Of a stretch of 64,000 bases of DNA, positions 36,328-48,520 are shown one piece after another. Under the pieces are notes generated by a model. That model worked only from the letters and a program-made list of their open reading frames with translations, made no database searches and had not been told where the DNA came from. The stretch spans positions 1,178,001-1,242,000 of the forward strand of contig MU004239.1 in assembly GCA_010405405.1 (NCBI GenBank), in the 5' to 3' direction. The stretch is from Microthyrium microscopicum (taxonomy: Eukaryota). Every line of letters starts with the position of its first letter. Positions within the stretch are counted from its first letter, which is position 1. Position numbers and translations under genes: made by a program.

Positions 36328-39300
36328 CCTGATGCTAGAGCTTTTTGTTCTGAAATACACAAGCGAGAGAAGTTGAAAGAATGAAGAGTAAACTGTTTGA
36401 GAGAAGGGTGAAGCCGACTTACTCTCTGCAGCCAAAAAGCTTTATATATCCCATTTTACAACCCGCCATAAGGGATGGAACATAACACTCAAGTAACCAA
36501 GCTTTGAATACTCCGCCAAACCGACTGGACGCCTCTGCTGTACGCCATGGTCCAGGTGTGTTATTGTTGGCGCTCTCGAACTCTCCATACTACCATCACC
36601 GCGTTCTCGCTGAGTGTAACTCCTAAGTCAATGATTCTACCTCCTATGGACTGTTAGGTAACGTCGCTGAAGCCTCCCAGCCACAGGTCCAATTACAAAC
36701 TCGATCCTAGCACGCTACTGTCGTGAGGCTTTACAATTTCGTGTTTTTGAGAGGTTTCCTGCTCGGCGAACGGCGTGTGGAAGTTAAATGATAACGCCTA
36801 GTCCGGCGCCTATATATATGCCAAGTCAAGTCAGTTACCAGGTTGATAGCTGTCCAATAATAAATCCCATCGCTTTAGAGAGAGCCCAATCTAGCCAACG
36901 ATACGACAAAGTGGTAAAGAAATGGCCCCCAGATCTCGAACCAAATTAGCCACTTTGTTGGGGGCCAAGCCACCCCCTCAAAAAGTGAAAATACCTGGAT
37001 CTTGATCACTACCAAATTCAAAAGCAAGGATGAACTGTATTGGATTTGCCGAGTAGGCCGATATCTTTTGAAGCGACGAAGATAGGCCCAAGGCTCCATT
37101 GCCTCAACCATTGACAATTGTGCAACCTCATTATCTGCTTATTTGTACCATCGTTGTTGACATATAAGGAGGTGCCTATCAGGCTATCACAGGGTTCTTT
37201 GAAGAAAACTTTAATCTCATGGCATATGCTTCTATGCTGCCAACTTTTGAATGCGATGGTATGTGAGACTTAAAGGCATCCTTCCTTTAATAGAGTTGAT
37301 AGGAGCAATCCTCAGTGATGGGGGCGGGCCATTGCCTTTGTCACCCTATAGTCACTAAACATGAGTAATGATAGGGAAGTTTTTGTAAACCTACCTCCGA
37401 ATTTCATGATGAGACTCCTTTACTCTTCCTACTTCTTTAACATCAATGATAAGGTCGATACTTTAGTTCTCTTGAGTCTTGACTTGGTTGTTCCTTATTA
37501 TCCATGTCTTGGAAACCAAGAGACATCATGTTACTTTATTAGTAATTGTCCCAAGCACTTCAAAACATGCAAGATCGATTATGGCCCTACACAAGACTCG
37601 AGCATAGAAATAACTCGCCACGCTGTTCACGGAACCAGTATTTCCCCCTCAGGAAACGCAATGTTCACATAACTCTTATTTTCCGATCCTCAACATATCA
37701 TGTCCTGCATGAGATCGATGAATGAACAAAATATTTTAGGTGACTGATGGATTGGAGACAATTGAAGACCTGAAGAGAACGAGACTTTGTAAAGGGATCT
37801 GGCATTACCTACTTATATTTTATGTTATTTGGGGTCCAGAAACATTGCTCTTTATAGAACATGGAAGCACTGATCGTATTGAACGTTTAATCATGGATGG
37901 ACACAAACTCTGATCAGGACATATTAGCTTGTAGTCATCAAGTTTGCCATAGTCTTCGGCTACGAAGGCCCCTAGCCGTCAGGAAAGGTGCGAGTGCATA
38001 ACTACAGGCAAGAGAAAGCACTACTCACTTTTCTTCATCCGGATATAGCTTGTTATTTAGAACCCACAATTCTACCTATCGTTGGCGTGCACGAAGACCA
38101 AATAATGATCTGGAGGGTCACAAACCGGTGTATATCATTTGTCATTTGATTGCATATGGCTTTACTCAAGGCAGCGATATATTCCGGTGGATATGATGGT
38201 GATCATGCAACGTAGGCGAGCGGTTGATTAGGTTCTATGCATGGATGGCAGGGTAGAGCTATGGCAGAGAAGCAACATTGGATTGTTCATCAACAAATTG
38301 AGCTATTCGAAGCGAAAAGTGGACCAATCGGTTGGTAGAATATATGATATGCTCGTTTAATGTATGTAGGATCAGGTTCCATATCATCCAGTACACACTT
38401 TCAACAACGGTGGCATTTCTATTGCATGCCTGAACCCTCATCAAATGTGCTGGGAATACAAGCGTCTTTTCTGCGTAAGGTAGGATGAGACCTCAGGGGA
38501 CACCTTCCAAGATTGATAGAAATCTGCGCCGCTATTTGCTGACCGAGAGGTATGCAACCTTCAGATTAAGGTATAAAGTATCCGTTAAAAAATAGGCCTC
38601 GGTCCTAATGCCTTGCTTTCTGTGAGGTCTTCACTTCCTGCACCGTTGTCGAGTTCACGAAAACATTCGACGGGTCTCTCGACGGGTCTCTAGAGATAGC
38701 AATGTAATACCCTGAACAGGGAATGAGAGGAATTATTTTGAACCACAGAGCGGCACTACTATCTCAGATTCTGGTTCAGAAAGTTTGATCGTGAAGTGAC
38801 ATGTACTCAATTCAAAATTGGCGATCTCAGATCTGGACCCTGATTTCGTAAGGCCCTGTAAGGCTGAGGCTGAACGCACGGAGTCTAGCGGTACCACGTG
38901 GCAGATCACGCTAAGGCTCCAGCTTCGGAAGAGACAAGCCAATCAATACCTCGTATTTGTCTGCTAGTCTATAATCTTTGCTCGCCCAAAGAAGCTCGCT
39001 TGTTTATTGGTACCATTTGTTCCGCCTCTAGGAATTTTGTCTATACATGATTAGCTTAGAAGCTAGACGTAAAAGGATAAGGAGCTGCATGGGATGCTAC
39101 GAGCGCAAGCGGGGCGGTATTACTTATCGAATCTGAGTCAAGAAGGAAAAGAATTGAAATTTTAGATACCTTACTTCCTCATCCAAATTTTGTCGAGTTT
39201 CCCAGCCGTGCCAGCCTCTTGGGGCAGGTAGAGCTTGATCCGATCGATTCTTGGCAGAACAAGCAGCCAGCCACAATCATACATCGCGCATTAGCCATTG

Positions 39301-39861
39301 TTCGGAGCTGCTAATCGCCTATGAGAGCTACTACTTAGTACTGGTACAGCAGGCCGCAGGGCCGCAGGCTGCAGGCACAGCACAAATAGTAGTTATCTTA
39401 ATCCTCCAAGAGCTCAGTGGATATTCATGGTAGCTGAGCTTCCTGCAGGGCAACAAGAATGTAGAATCTATCGCGCTGGCGTACGGGCCGTGTATGAGAT
39501 AATGATTCTCGACTGCAGTCAGTGTAATTTGTATGCAGCTGAACTTGGCTAGACGTTCCAGCGACTTGACCGCCAACTTACCTTAGCTATCCTCCTCTCC
39601 TGCTTTATCTTTGACCGCCTGGTAGGGCCTTATCGATCTAGCCAGTACCTGCGTACTCAGAGAAGTTAGTCGATTATTTGTTGACGGCTTCTCCGTTGTC
39701 ATGTTTGCAGATATAGGCCTTCTGAAGGTGCCTCAGTTCCAGTCCTTGGATCTCACGCACCTCCTCCTTTCGTTGTAGTGCTCCACTTACATTGTACTAC
39801 AAAAACTCATATCGCCTTTATCGCGACTCTAATTGCTAGGAATCTACATCCTCACATCCTA

Positions 39862-41142
39862 ATGCTCGACAAACTTCCCCTGGAGATCCTGTTCGAAGTC
39901 GCAAAATCCATCGGGACCCACTCAACACTTCGCAATCTATGCCTCACCTCCAAGGCACTAAGTGACGCTGCTCAACCTGTTCTTTTCAGTACATATTGCG
40001 AGCCAAAGTCAACTCAAAAGTTTCTTGGTAATCCCGATACTGGAGATGCTGGCCCCTGGATTACAATATCTCTCTTACAATTCACCCGCACCATCATACT
40101 TCGTCCAGATTTAGCCCGCCATGTCAGAACTTTGAAGATTTCTACTTTAGCCAGCGAGCGTCATCCTGCCTTGTCAACATGGCCACATCAACTCAACGTC
40201 GAGATAGTCAAGGCGGAATTTACGGCACTGGAGGCGAGAAATCTTGAGCCTCGACTGGAAAGTGTTGTTCCTTTCCTTCTTTCCACTTTGATCAACATCC
40301 GAATATTCCTCATTGATACATCAGAGTGTGCAATTGAGAAACTGGCCGAACTGGGCAGCGCAGCACAAGATGGACGCTATCCACGACCTCTCTGGAAGTT
40401 GAAAGAGTTGCATCTAGGATTTCTGAGCAAGCAATCATTAGCCGAAAGTGCTTCAGTGCTCGAATTGCCTACACTAAAGGAGCTATCCATCAAAGGCTGG
40501 ATGACCACCGAGAACGAAAAAGTACCTTCACAGCTCCAGCTAGCATCCTCAAACGTCCAAAGAGTTTCTCTCTACTCAGGCAGCTTCGACATAGATTCCA
40601 TCAAAGCCCTGCTTTCAGCTTGTAAAAATCTTCAAGTGCTGAGATACAATTGTTTCGAAAACTGTCGACCGGCATGGACTTCGCCTTCCGAACCACAGCA
40701 AGTCTTTTCTGCCATTCAGTCTCATGGTCAGCGGTTAAGAGAACTTCAGCTCGAGTTTAACCTTCTGCGAATGGATCCTCCAACAGAACGAGTGACTGGT
40801 TGTCCCAATCTGAAATATGTTACCGTCAATGCGGGCTTGATCGAGTACCTTCAGTTTCTGCCAGACTGCATCGAACATATACAAATCACAAGGTGTGGAG
40901 GATCCTCTGTCTGGGGGTTTCTTGAGTTGGCAAAATTGAAAGAGACTCATTTCAGGTCTATGAGGCTCATTACAGTGAACGCAGATCGTTTAGTCCAAGT
41001 TAGCGGACTGTTCAGTAACATGATGATGAGACAAGAATGCTGGAATAAACAAGTCCCTTTACCTTCAATGACTGATATACAGGACGCTGCTCGGAGGTAT
41101 CATGTGGAGATTATCTTTGAGCCAGGGAAGTTTGAGGTATAA
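39862..41142 (+). CDS. F-box / leucine-rich-repeat-like protein
   Basis: MLDKLPLEILFEVAKSI...LRNLCLTSKALSDAAQPVLF; RTIILRPDLARHVRTL; repeated LxxLxL units (LKELHL, LKELSI, LQVLRY, LRELQL); intronless. Confidence 0.75.
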   Translation: MLDKLPLEILFEVAKSIGTHSTLRNLCLTSKALSDAAQPVLFSTYCEPKSTQKFLGNPDTGDAGPWITISLLQFTRTIILRPDLARHVRTLKISTLASERHPALSTWPHQLNVEIVKAEFTALEARNLEPRLESVVPFLLSTLINIRIFLIDTSECAIEKLAELGSAAQDGRYPRPLWKLKELHLGFLSKQSLAESASVLELPTLKELSIKGWMTTENEKVPSQLQLASSNVQRVSLYSGSFDIDSIKALLSACKNLQVLRYNCFENCRPAWTSPSEPQQVFSAIQSHGQRLRELQLEFNLLRMDPPTERVTGCPNLKYVTVNAGLIEYLQFLPDCIEHIQITRCGGSSVWGFLELAKLKETHFRSMRLITVNADRLVQVSGLFSNMMMRQECWNKQVPLPSMTDIQDAARRYHVEIIFEPGKFEV

Positions 41143-42389
41143 GCTTGTTTATCCTCTAGAGTGGTAACGCTGTATGGAATAGTATATTGAGTATCTCAGA
41201 TAATGCAGGAGAACAGACCGACTGAAGAAGGCCTCACAATAGATGATTTAATCTCATATCCAATAACAAATATTTTAAAGCCGTCTATCAACTTCTACCA
41301 GAGGCTTCACAAACTCCTAATAGTGTTGTCTCGCGTTTGCATGGCAAGATGAAGGGTATATCTCCATCATCACTGAGTCACGGGTCATATAACGCCAGTT
41401 ACTCCCGAGTTGTATAGTGTTTATAGCTTCATGATACTGAGACATATGAGTTCTATTGTATGCCTAATGGAACTCTCGACATTCCCGAAAGCAAGTGTTT
41501 CGCTGCATAATAATAAAGCCTTTGATGGATCGGATGACCCGCCGCGATACGAACAACATTAGCAATCTATATTTGGCTATTGAGATATCAATAGATATAC
41601 ATGGCAAGCTGTATGGTCTGGTAAGACCGTGTCAATACAATGAGTGTTCGGAATGTCCTTTTGCCATCTAATGTTTTGCGTTTGTTCAAGAAAATAGGAT
41701 GCACCAAGTGGAGCTGTCAGACATCGTTATAAACAATTTTCTATATCTGGCTTTATTCACGCAGAGCCAGGTGTTTCCTCTATGCTTGGATAATGACAAT
41801 ACTTTGAGACGTTGTAGGCTGAAACAGCCTAGGGTGCTGGGCTCTCTTCACCCAACCACGCCAATCACTGACCCATAACTCCAAGACCAACTGTGCAACA
41901 AGAGACTCTAGCATGAAATGGCCCATTCACTCCATGTGAGGGCTTGCCCACGCTTCCATGTTTGGTGCCGATGTTTAGATCGCGGATTGCCTGCATGATG
42001 CCACTGGCAGACCAACGCAGAGATGTCAGTAATCCATGTCACTACAATTTTACGCGACTACCAGCAAAGATTGGACCCGCAAAGATTTTGCAAACCGGTC
42101 GCAAGAACCATGTTTCACACAATTTTGCATTGATTTGATCAAATATTTCGACCGCGTTGAGAGCGAGCCCCGAGCCAAACTCATCCATAAAGAGTCATTC
42201 TTGGCATCCCGATATGATATATTCTTCTCTATCACCTTTTACAATAATCTTACACATCTTACTTTCTTATTCCATATTCAGTTCTATTATTTACTCGGCA
42301 GGTCCGTTTTTTGGGGTAATTAATTACAGCAGATCTTGACGGTCTCCCTCATCCAGCTCCATCTATCCAACAAACCACATCAACACAAA

Positions 42390-43170
42390 ATGCATCTCCA
42401 AAGCGTCGTAGTGGCCTTGTGCCTATCACTCACTGCTTCGGCACAAGCAGCCATGCCCGCTGGCATGGACATGTCACCCATGGCTGGCATGCCAATGATG
42501 CCAGGAATGACCGAAGCCGAAATCAAGAAAGAGAAGGCCATGAAGGGTGACAAGAAGAAGTGCGCCGAAATCCGCCGGCTCACTGCCTTCACCAAGCTTA
42601 TGAGCAACGCTACCCGACTAGACGCCTTCGAGACAAAGCACAAATTGACTGACGACCAAAGAGCGGAGCTCAAGGCCAAAGGTGCCAACGCTACCGCCAT
42701 GCTCCAAAAGCTTGAGAGCAACTCAACACTTGCCACCGAATGCGCCATGGTCAATGCTGACCGAAAGATGAAGCAAGAGTGCAAGGCTATGAAGGGTCTT
42801 ACCAAGTTCACCAAATTCGTCAACAACGCTACCGCTTTGGACATGTTCGCCAAGAAGAAGAACTTGACTGAGGCACAAGTACAAAAGATCAAGGACCGTG
42901 GAATGAACGCTACCAAGTTCCTCAACAAGCTGGAGAGCAACAAGACCCTCGTTGATGACTGCATGAAGATGATGAAGTCCAAGGGCGGCAAGAACGGCAG
43001 TAAGCATAACCAAATATTTGAGACCGAACGAGTATCTAACCGGCTTTCTAGCAAATGGTGGAAAAGCTGCTACTTCCAGCGCAGTCAGCATGCAAACATC
43101 TTTCAGTCTGTTATCAAATGGTGCATTCGCACTCTTCTTGGGCAGCCTCGGAGCCATGTTGATGCTATAG
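42390..43170 (+). CDS. Secreted, probably GPI-anchored protein with Met-rich N-terminus and two 73-aa repeats
   Basis: Signal peptide MHLQSVVVALCLSLTASA; intron 43000-43051 yields the tail ATSSAVSMQTSFSLLSNGAFALFLGSLGAMLML* (GPI signal-like). Confidence 0.8.
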
Positions 43171-44521
43171 ATAGGGAAAGATGTGGTGACGGATAGATGG
43201 ATACCCAGAGCAGCCAATAAACGAATTACTGGATTGGATTGGAGGGCTTGAAAGACTGTTTGTCGATATCATTCGGGCGCGAGATGTATTTTCTTATGGC
43301 AAAATTTATATGTTTCGTACTTACATAGCGCTGTTCTCTCTTTCAATTTCAAACTTTACTACTATCCATAACTTCTCAGATCTATCTCTTTGTTCAAATA
43401 ATTCAGATATAATTTTGAAGATTTGGAAAAAGGTGCGGTTAGATCAAATCTTGTCACGCCAACATCTCTACCCTATTGTTTTCGAACATTCGCTTACGAG
43501 TCCTTTGCAAACACGCATAAGAAACATTCCGCTGGACATCCCCGATTTGGATTCTCAGATCTTGTTTGACGCTGACGTGTCTCGTAAGTGGTTTCGGCTA
43601 TCTATAATAGCATCAAGTTTCCAAGCTTTCGACGCCACCAGACAGAAAGTTATGAAACCTTGAACACGCTATAGAATGCACTATAAATTTTTGTAGCTAA
43701 CTAAATCGCTTGTATTTAGTATCTGACAGAGAAAGGACCGTCCATATCCGGCCGGGGTAGCAGAACCTGTTCTTCTTTGCTGTCACTGGTCATTTTAGAC
43801 TAGGAAGGTTATCTGATGTTGTTTTCTCCGGTTATATTATTGATGAGATCCTATCGATCTATCACCAAGATTTGCGTTCCATTATGTCACAGGAATAAAG
43901 TATGGTGTAGCCAGTTGTACTTTTCTGAGCCGGACTTTTACTTTCCCAGCAACAGTTTTCGATAAACCCTTCCAGGAATTGAGGTTTAACACCTGGCAGT
44001 GTAGTATACCAGCAAGACAGTGCAAACAAACACTACCGTTGTGGGATTTTGCGCTTGAAAATCATTCATATAACACTGTTTGCAGCACTTTTTAGTGCAC
44101 TGTCATCGAACCTCAATGAAGAGATGTAGTAAGAATAGAATTTGCGATAGCGCGGTCTACAAAAATCAATATCCTAGTACTTAGCAAGATGGTTTTGGTC
44201 AGAGCTTAATGGGATGTCATTTAAGTAAAAAGCCCTTCATCAATGTTGTCGCTGCCAAAGACAGTCTGTGTTATAGACATCTTGAGTACCTATGTAACTG
44301 AAAGGGCTCTATTGCCTATATTTTTTCAATATACCGACCTGCCGATATTAAGTGTACCTTCAAAGAGAGATATGTACAGTTTTTAAATTAATCATCCGCG
44401 TAATGACAAGTAACTCATCCCAAGATGTAGCGCTTTCCTGAGAAAAGCTTCAGCACAACCGTGACCTGCAAGATTTCCCGTCTAGTTAGCAAGCAACTGA
44501 TACTTGCAGTTCACGTTCATT

Positions 44522-46000
44522 ATGAGGACCACAGTCGCAGCAACTCTCCTGTTGGCAGTCGCAGATACTTTGGCACTCACCACATTCCCGGCCAATGAAG
44601 CAAAAAATGTCAATCCAGACACACATCTAGTGCTGAATTTCGCCTCTCCGCCCAAGATCGGTAAATCAGGGATCATCACAGTCTACGATGCGGCGACAAA
44701 GGCGGTGGTTGATACTCTTGATTTGAGTATTCCGGTTTCGCCAGCTCCCAATGGTCGAGATCCTACTAATAAGGGCACAACAACACAGCCAAAGGCAGCG
44801 GATCCAAATGACAAGACGCCATATCAGATTAATATGGTTGGTGGGTATGACTTTCACTTCTTTCCCATCGTAGTGCATGGAAACAATGCGATTGTCAATT
44901 TGCATAACAACAAGCTCAAGTATGGAAAGCAATATATCGTCAAGATGGAGCCTAGCGTTCTGAGCGCCGATGGTTTCTCTGGATTTACAACCGATTCGGC
45001 CTGGACGTTTACCACAAAAGCAGCAGCACCACTGCAATCTTCCACCCGTGTTGTCGTCGCGGAAGACGGTTCTGGAGACTTTAGTACTGTTCAGGGAGCT
45101 ATCGACTGGGCTCCTGCAAAGCCTACGTCCAAGCTTACCATATTCATCAAGAACGGAAATTATGAAGAAATCGTCTTTATGTCAAAGAAATCCAACATCA
45201 TCATCCGCGGTGAGGACCGAAATAAAACCATTGTTGGCTACCCAAACAACAGCGCCTTCAACCCTAGCAAAGGTGGTCCATCACGTCGTGTAGCCTTCAC
45301 CATTTCAAACAGCAATGACATCCAGCTAAGCACATTCACCATCAATAACTACTTCATTGGTCAGGCCGAAGCAATATTGATCCGCGGTGATCGCATTCTC
45401 TTGGAGCGCATGACAATGCATGGCTCCGGCGACGCCTTCACCACTTACGGCACCATTTACGTCGCCGATAGTCTCCTCACCGGTGATGGTGACACGGTTT
45501 TAGGATATGGAGCGGTATACTGGCTACGCTCAACAATCGAGTCGGTTGGCCCATTCACCTGGACACGTACACCAGCTGGTCAACATGGTAACGTGTTCGT
45601 CAACTGCTCACTCGTGGGTGTAAGTAAGCCGTTGCCATGGACAGTCACTGCTGCGAGACCAAACGGGGAGAAGACCAAAGCAGTGTTCGCACGTCTACCG
45701 CAGAACGGCAAGAGTGTCAATGGGTCAAATTTCCCACATGCTGAAATGGTACTCATAAACACCAAGACGACTGGTGTGCCAGCAGAAGGATGGGGTCCAA
45801 TCCAGGGTGATGGATTCGACAAGAGTGACGTGAAGCTGTGGGAGTTCAACACCATGGATATGAGCGGGAAACCAGTCGATATGAGCAAGAGAAATCCTGT
45901 GGCGAAACAGTTGAGTATGGCAAAGGATGCGAAATTGATAGAGGACTACCAGAAACCCGACTTTGTGCTGAAGGGATGGAACCCAGTCATCGAGAAGTAG
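44522..46000 (+). CDS. Secreted pectin methylesterase-like protein (CE8) with N-terminal bacterial Ig-like (SbsA/Big_5-like) domain
   Basis: Signal peptide; FPANEAKNVNPDTHLVLNF...LKYGKQYIVKM...WTFTTK Ig-like module; then VVAEDGSGDFSTVQGAID, IFIKNGNYEE, IIIRGEDR, GQAEA, GDGDTVLG, FARLP, LWEFNT beta-helix motifs; intronless. Confidence 0.9.
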   Translation: MRTTVAATLLLAVADTLALTTFPANEAKNVNPDTHLVLNFASPPKIGKSGIITVYDAATKAVVDTLDLSIPVSPAPNGRDPTNKGTTTQPKAADPNDKTPYQINMVGGYDFHFFPIVVHGNNAIVNLHNNKLKYGKQYIVKMEPSVLSADGFSGFTTDSAWTFTTKAAAPLQSSTRVVVAEDGSGDFSTVQGAIDWAPAKPTSKLTIFIKNGNYEEIVFMSKKSNIIIRGEDRNKTIVGYPNNSAFNPSKGGPSRRVAFTISNSNDIQLSTFTINNYFIGQAEAILIRGDRILLERMTMHGSGDAFTTYGTIYVADSLLTGDGDTVLGYGAVYWLRSTIESVGPFTWTRTPAGQHGNVFVNCSLVGVSKPLPWTVTAARPNGEKTKAVFARLPQNGKSVNGSNFPHAEMVLINTKTTGVPAEGWGPIQGDGFDKSDVKLWEFNTMDMSGKPVDMSKRNPVAKQLSMAKDAKLIEDYQKPDFVLKGWNPVIEK

Positions 46001-46665
46001 AAAGAGTTCTAGGACCCTAATTACAGTTTCTTCTATTCCATTTCGGCCACTAGCTGGATCCGTTCAAAATGTAATTCGATAAGCCCCTCAGCTTTGTGTT
46101 GTTGTATCATGATAAGGCTGACCACAAGGCTGAGGCTCGGATACAGCTTCCCGAAGCATGACTCCATTGAAAGCTCCATCCAGGGTGGGGTGGGTTTGGC
46201 GGGGCACGCATCAGATCAGTCACAGATCTATCAGCTAAGTTAGTAAATGGTTTAAACGATTACGGGATTACGAGCGTATTTTGGGTAAATCTTGGTGTGA
46301 TGGTGACATTTCTGCAAGAGTGATGCTTGCTTGAAGCGGTCGAGAAATCACGACTGGGAGGGGCCGATTGCGGCCCCGCGCTGTCAACAAAGTTGGGTCT
46401 TTAGACAATTCCAAATTCTTTTTGGAGGTAGAATCCGAGCTTGCGGGCAGGCGGGATTATTCCATTAGAAACCTGAAAAGCTCAGCTGGTTAAAGACGGA
46501 CTTCGAAGCTCTCCTTCTCCATACTAGAGTAATATACAACAGCTCCAAACTCACCCCCTCCATACACCTTTGCCAGCTCTACAACTCCATACTCTTGACT
46601 CGCATCTGCAAACTCAAGGCTTTCTTCCAAATATTCTGCTTAGACTCCTTTTCTAACTACCTATA

Positions 46666-47321
46666 ATGGCACCACTCAAGGCCGGCGACAAGTTCCCATC
46701 GGATGTCAAGTTCGAGTATGTTCAAGCTGCTTAGCCATGATTGTCCTTACTGACCTTTGTAGCTGGGTTCCAATCACTGATAGCGACCCTACCAACTGCG
46801 GACGCCCACAGGAATACGATGCCAGCAAGCAGTGGGCAGGAAAGAAAGTGGTGCTCGTCAGCGTCCCAGGTATGCCATCGCGTTTTTAAGAATCATAAAA
46901 GAACATTTCTAACGTCTGCGCTCCTAGGTGCTTTCACTCCTGGTTGCCAGGCTTTCCATCTGCCACCTTACATCTCCAACCGAGCCAAGCTCTCCGAGAA
47001 GGGCGTAGACATCGTTGCTTTCATCGCCTATAATGACGCGTGGGTCATGAATGCATGGGGCAAGGTCAACAAGGTCACCAACGACGATGTGGTGAGTACA
47101 GGCATATCTGCTTGAAGAAAACAAGTACCTGACTGGAAGTTTAGCTGTTTTTGGGTGACACCAAGTCCAAGTTCGCTGAAAACCACGCTTGGACTATGGG
47201 TGAGCGCAATGGCCGCTGGGCTATCGTGATTGAGAAGGATGGAAGCATCTCATATGCTGAAAAGGAGCCAGGCCAAGGAGTGACAGTCTCCGGTGCCGAA
47301 GCTGTTCTCTCCAAAATCTAA
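46666..47321 (+). CDS. Peroxiredoxin, Prx5/Pmp20/Asp f3 type
   Basis: MAPLKAGDKFP, KKVVLVSVP|GAFTPGCQAFHLP, YNDAWVMNAWG, RNGRWAIVIE; three introns; ends in SKI (PTS1-like variant). Confidence 0.92.
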
Positions 47322-48520
47322 GCTAGGAGAAAGAAAGCTCTTAAGTCTCCAGCATGTTCTCGTTGGCAGAATCTGCAGGTCGACCACAGGCCAAAAGAGG
47401 CATTGCGAGTCAAGAAAGAGATAGATACAGACATGTAATGTCATGTTCATAAAAGCATTTCTATTTATGTCATGCTGCTTCAAACCATTGAATTCAAAGA
47501 TGTACCAACACTCCGAGCCACTCTGTCAAAGCAAATGCTATAGAGCAGTAGATACTGGATGGAATTCGTCTCCCGCGCGCTAGCGTTCGCAATGAAGGAA
47601 CGCCAGATAGGACGTCAATACGACAGTGATGAAAGTCGCACCGAATATTGCGCGGTTGGGAGAGAAAGATTCAACGAGAATGGCAAGCAACATTAGGGTG
47701 AGGATTTTTTGGTGCTGAGTCAGCAAACAGATAAGATCAGATCAACAATGCTTATCTGGAGATTTTATAGCAGATGAACAAGGCTGAAAATGCTTCGACT
47801 TCTCCTCTTTCCTTGTTGTACATCCATCGTAAGCATGACAAGTAATTTGAGGAGGTTGATGTGCTTATAGTTGTTGCCGTGACGGAATCAGGTGTTCCAT
47901 TGGGAACCATCAGCGTTGTCAGAGCTTGAGCCCAGCTGAAAAGAAACAATTGGCCATCGAAAACCCGGTTTGTATCAGATGCCAAGCTGGGAGAAACAAC
48001 AAGTTCCGGATCAATAGCTTCCCGGATATGAGTGGTTGAGAATTCAATTGAAGCTCTATCGTCGAATTCTGAGATGGTTGGAATGGTACCTGCGCAGAAC
48101 CATTCGATATATTGAACCTCTCAACAACGTTGAAAGCAGAGCTTTGCACATTGGCTATAGTGCATTATAGAATATTTTGAGCACAGAAAAAGCGCTCCAG
48201 AATAGTTCTGTGGCTGATAGACACAGATCAGAGAAGCAAACATGTAACTCGCTTGGTTGGACCGCCCAAGCGGTTCTCTCCTTCTCCGTCCAAACGTTTC
48301 CCAAACTTCCAGTGGTTATGCGCGTATCTCATTGCTCCACGAGCCAGCCAGACAACACATATACCACGAACAAACACCCCCAAAGAGATTCGCTCAGCTT
48401 ACCATTCTAATCACTTTCTTCATATACTCCAAACTTTTAATCTGCAAGTGCTGGTCGCTCGTTACCTTCGCAGTCAGTCGCTTCTAATTTGCATCACTCA
48501 ACCAACCACCATCCGTCATC

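Noticed and set aside
36875..39600. Short ORFs and small duplications (CGACGGGTCTCT x2 at ~38668; GCCGCAGG units at ~39353)
   Set aside because: No family motif in the frames I translated; repeats are too short to define an element.
42380..43217. Long antisense ORFs (224 and 164 aa) over the GPI repeat gene
   Set aside because: Shadow ORFs from biased codon use on the sense strand; the same applies to 5191-5940, 21199-21851, 26135-26901, 30465-31061 and 58133-58537.
47752..48149. Two minus-strand ORFs between the peroxiredoxin and AA16 genes
   Set aside because: Short, non-ATG starts, no homology recognised; likely promoter sequence.
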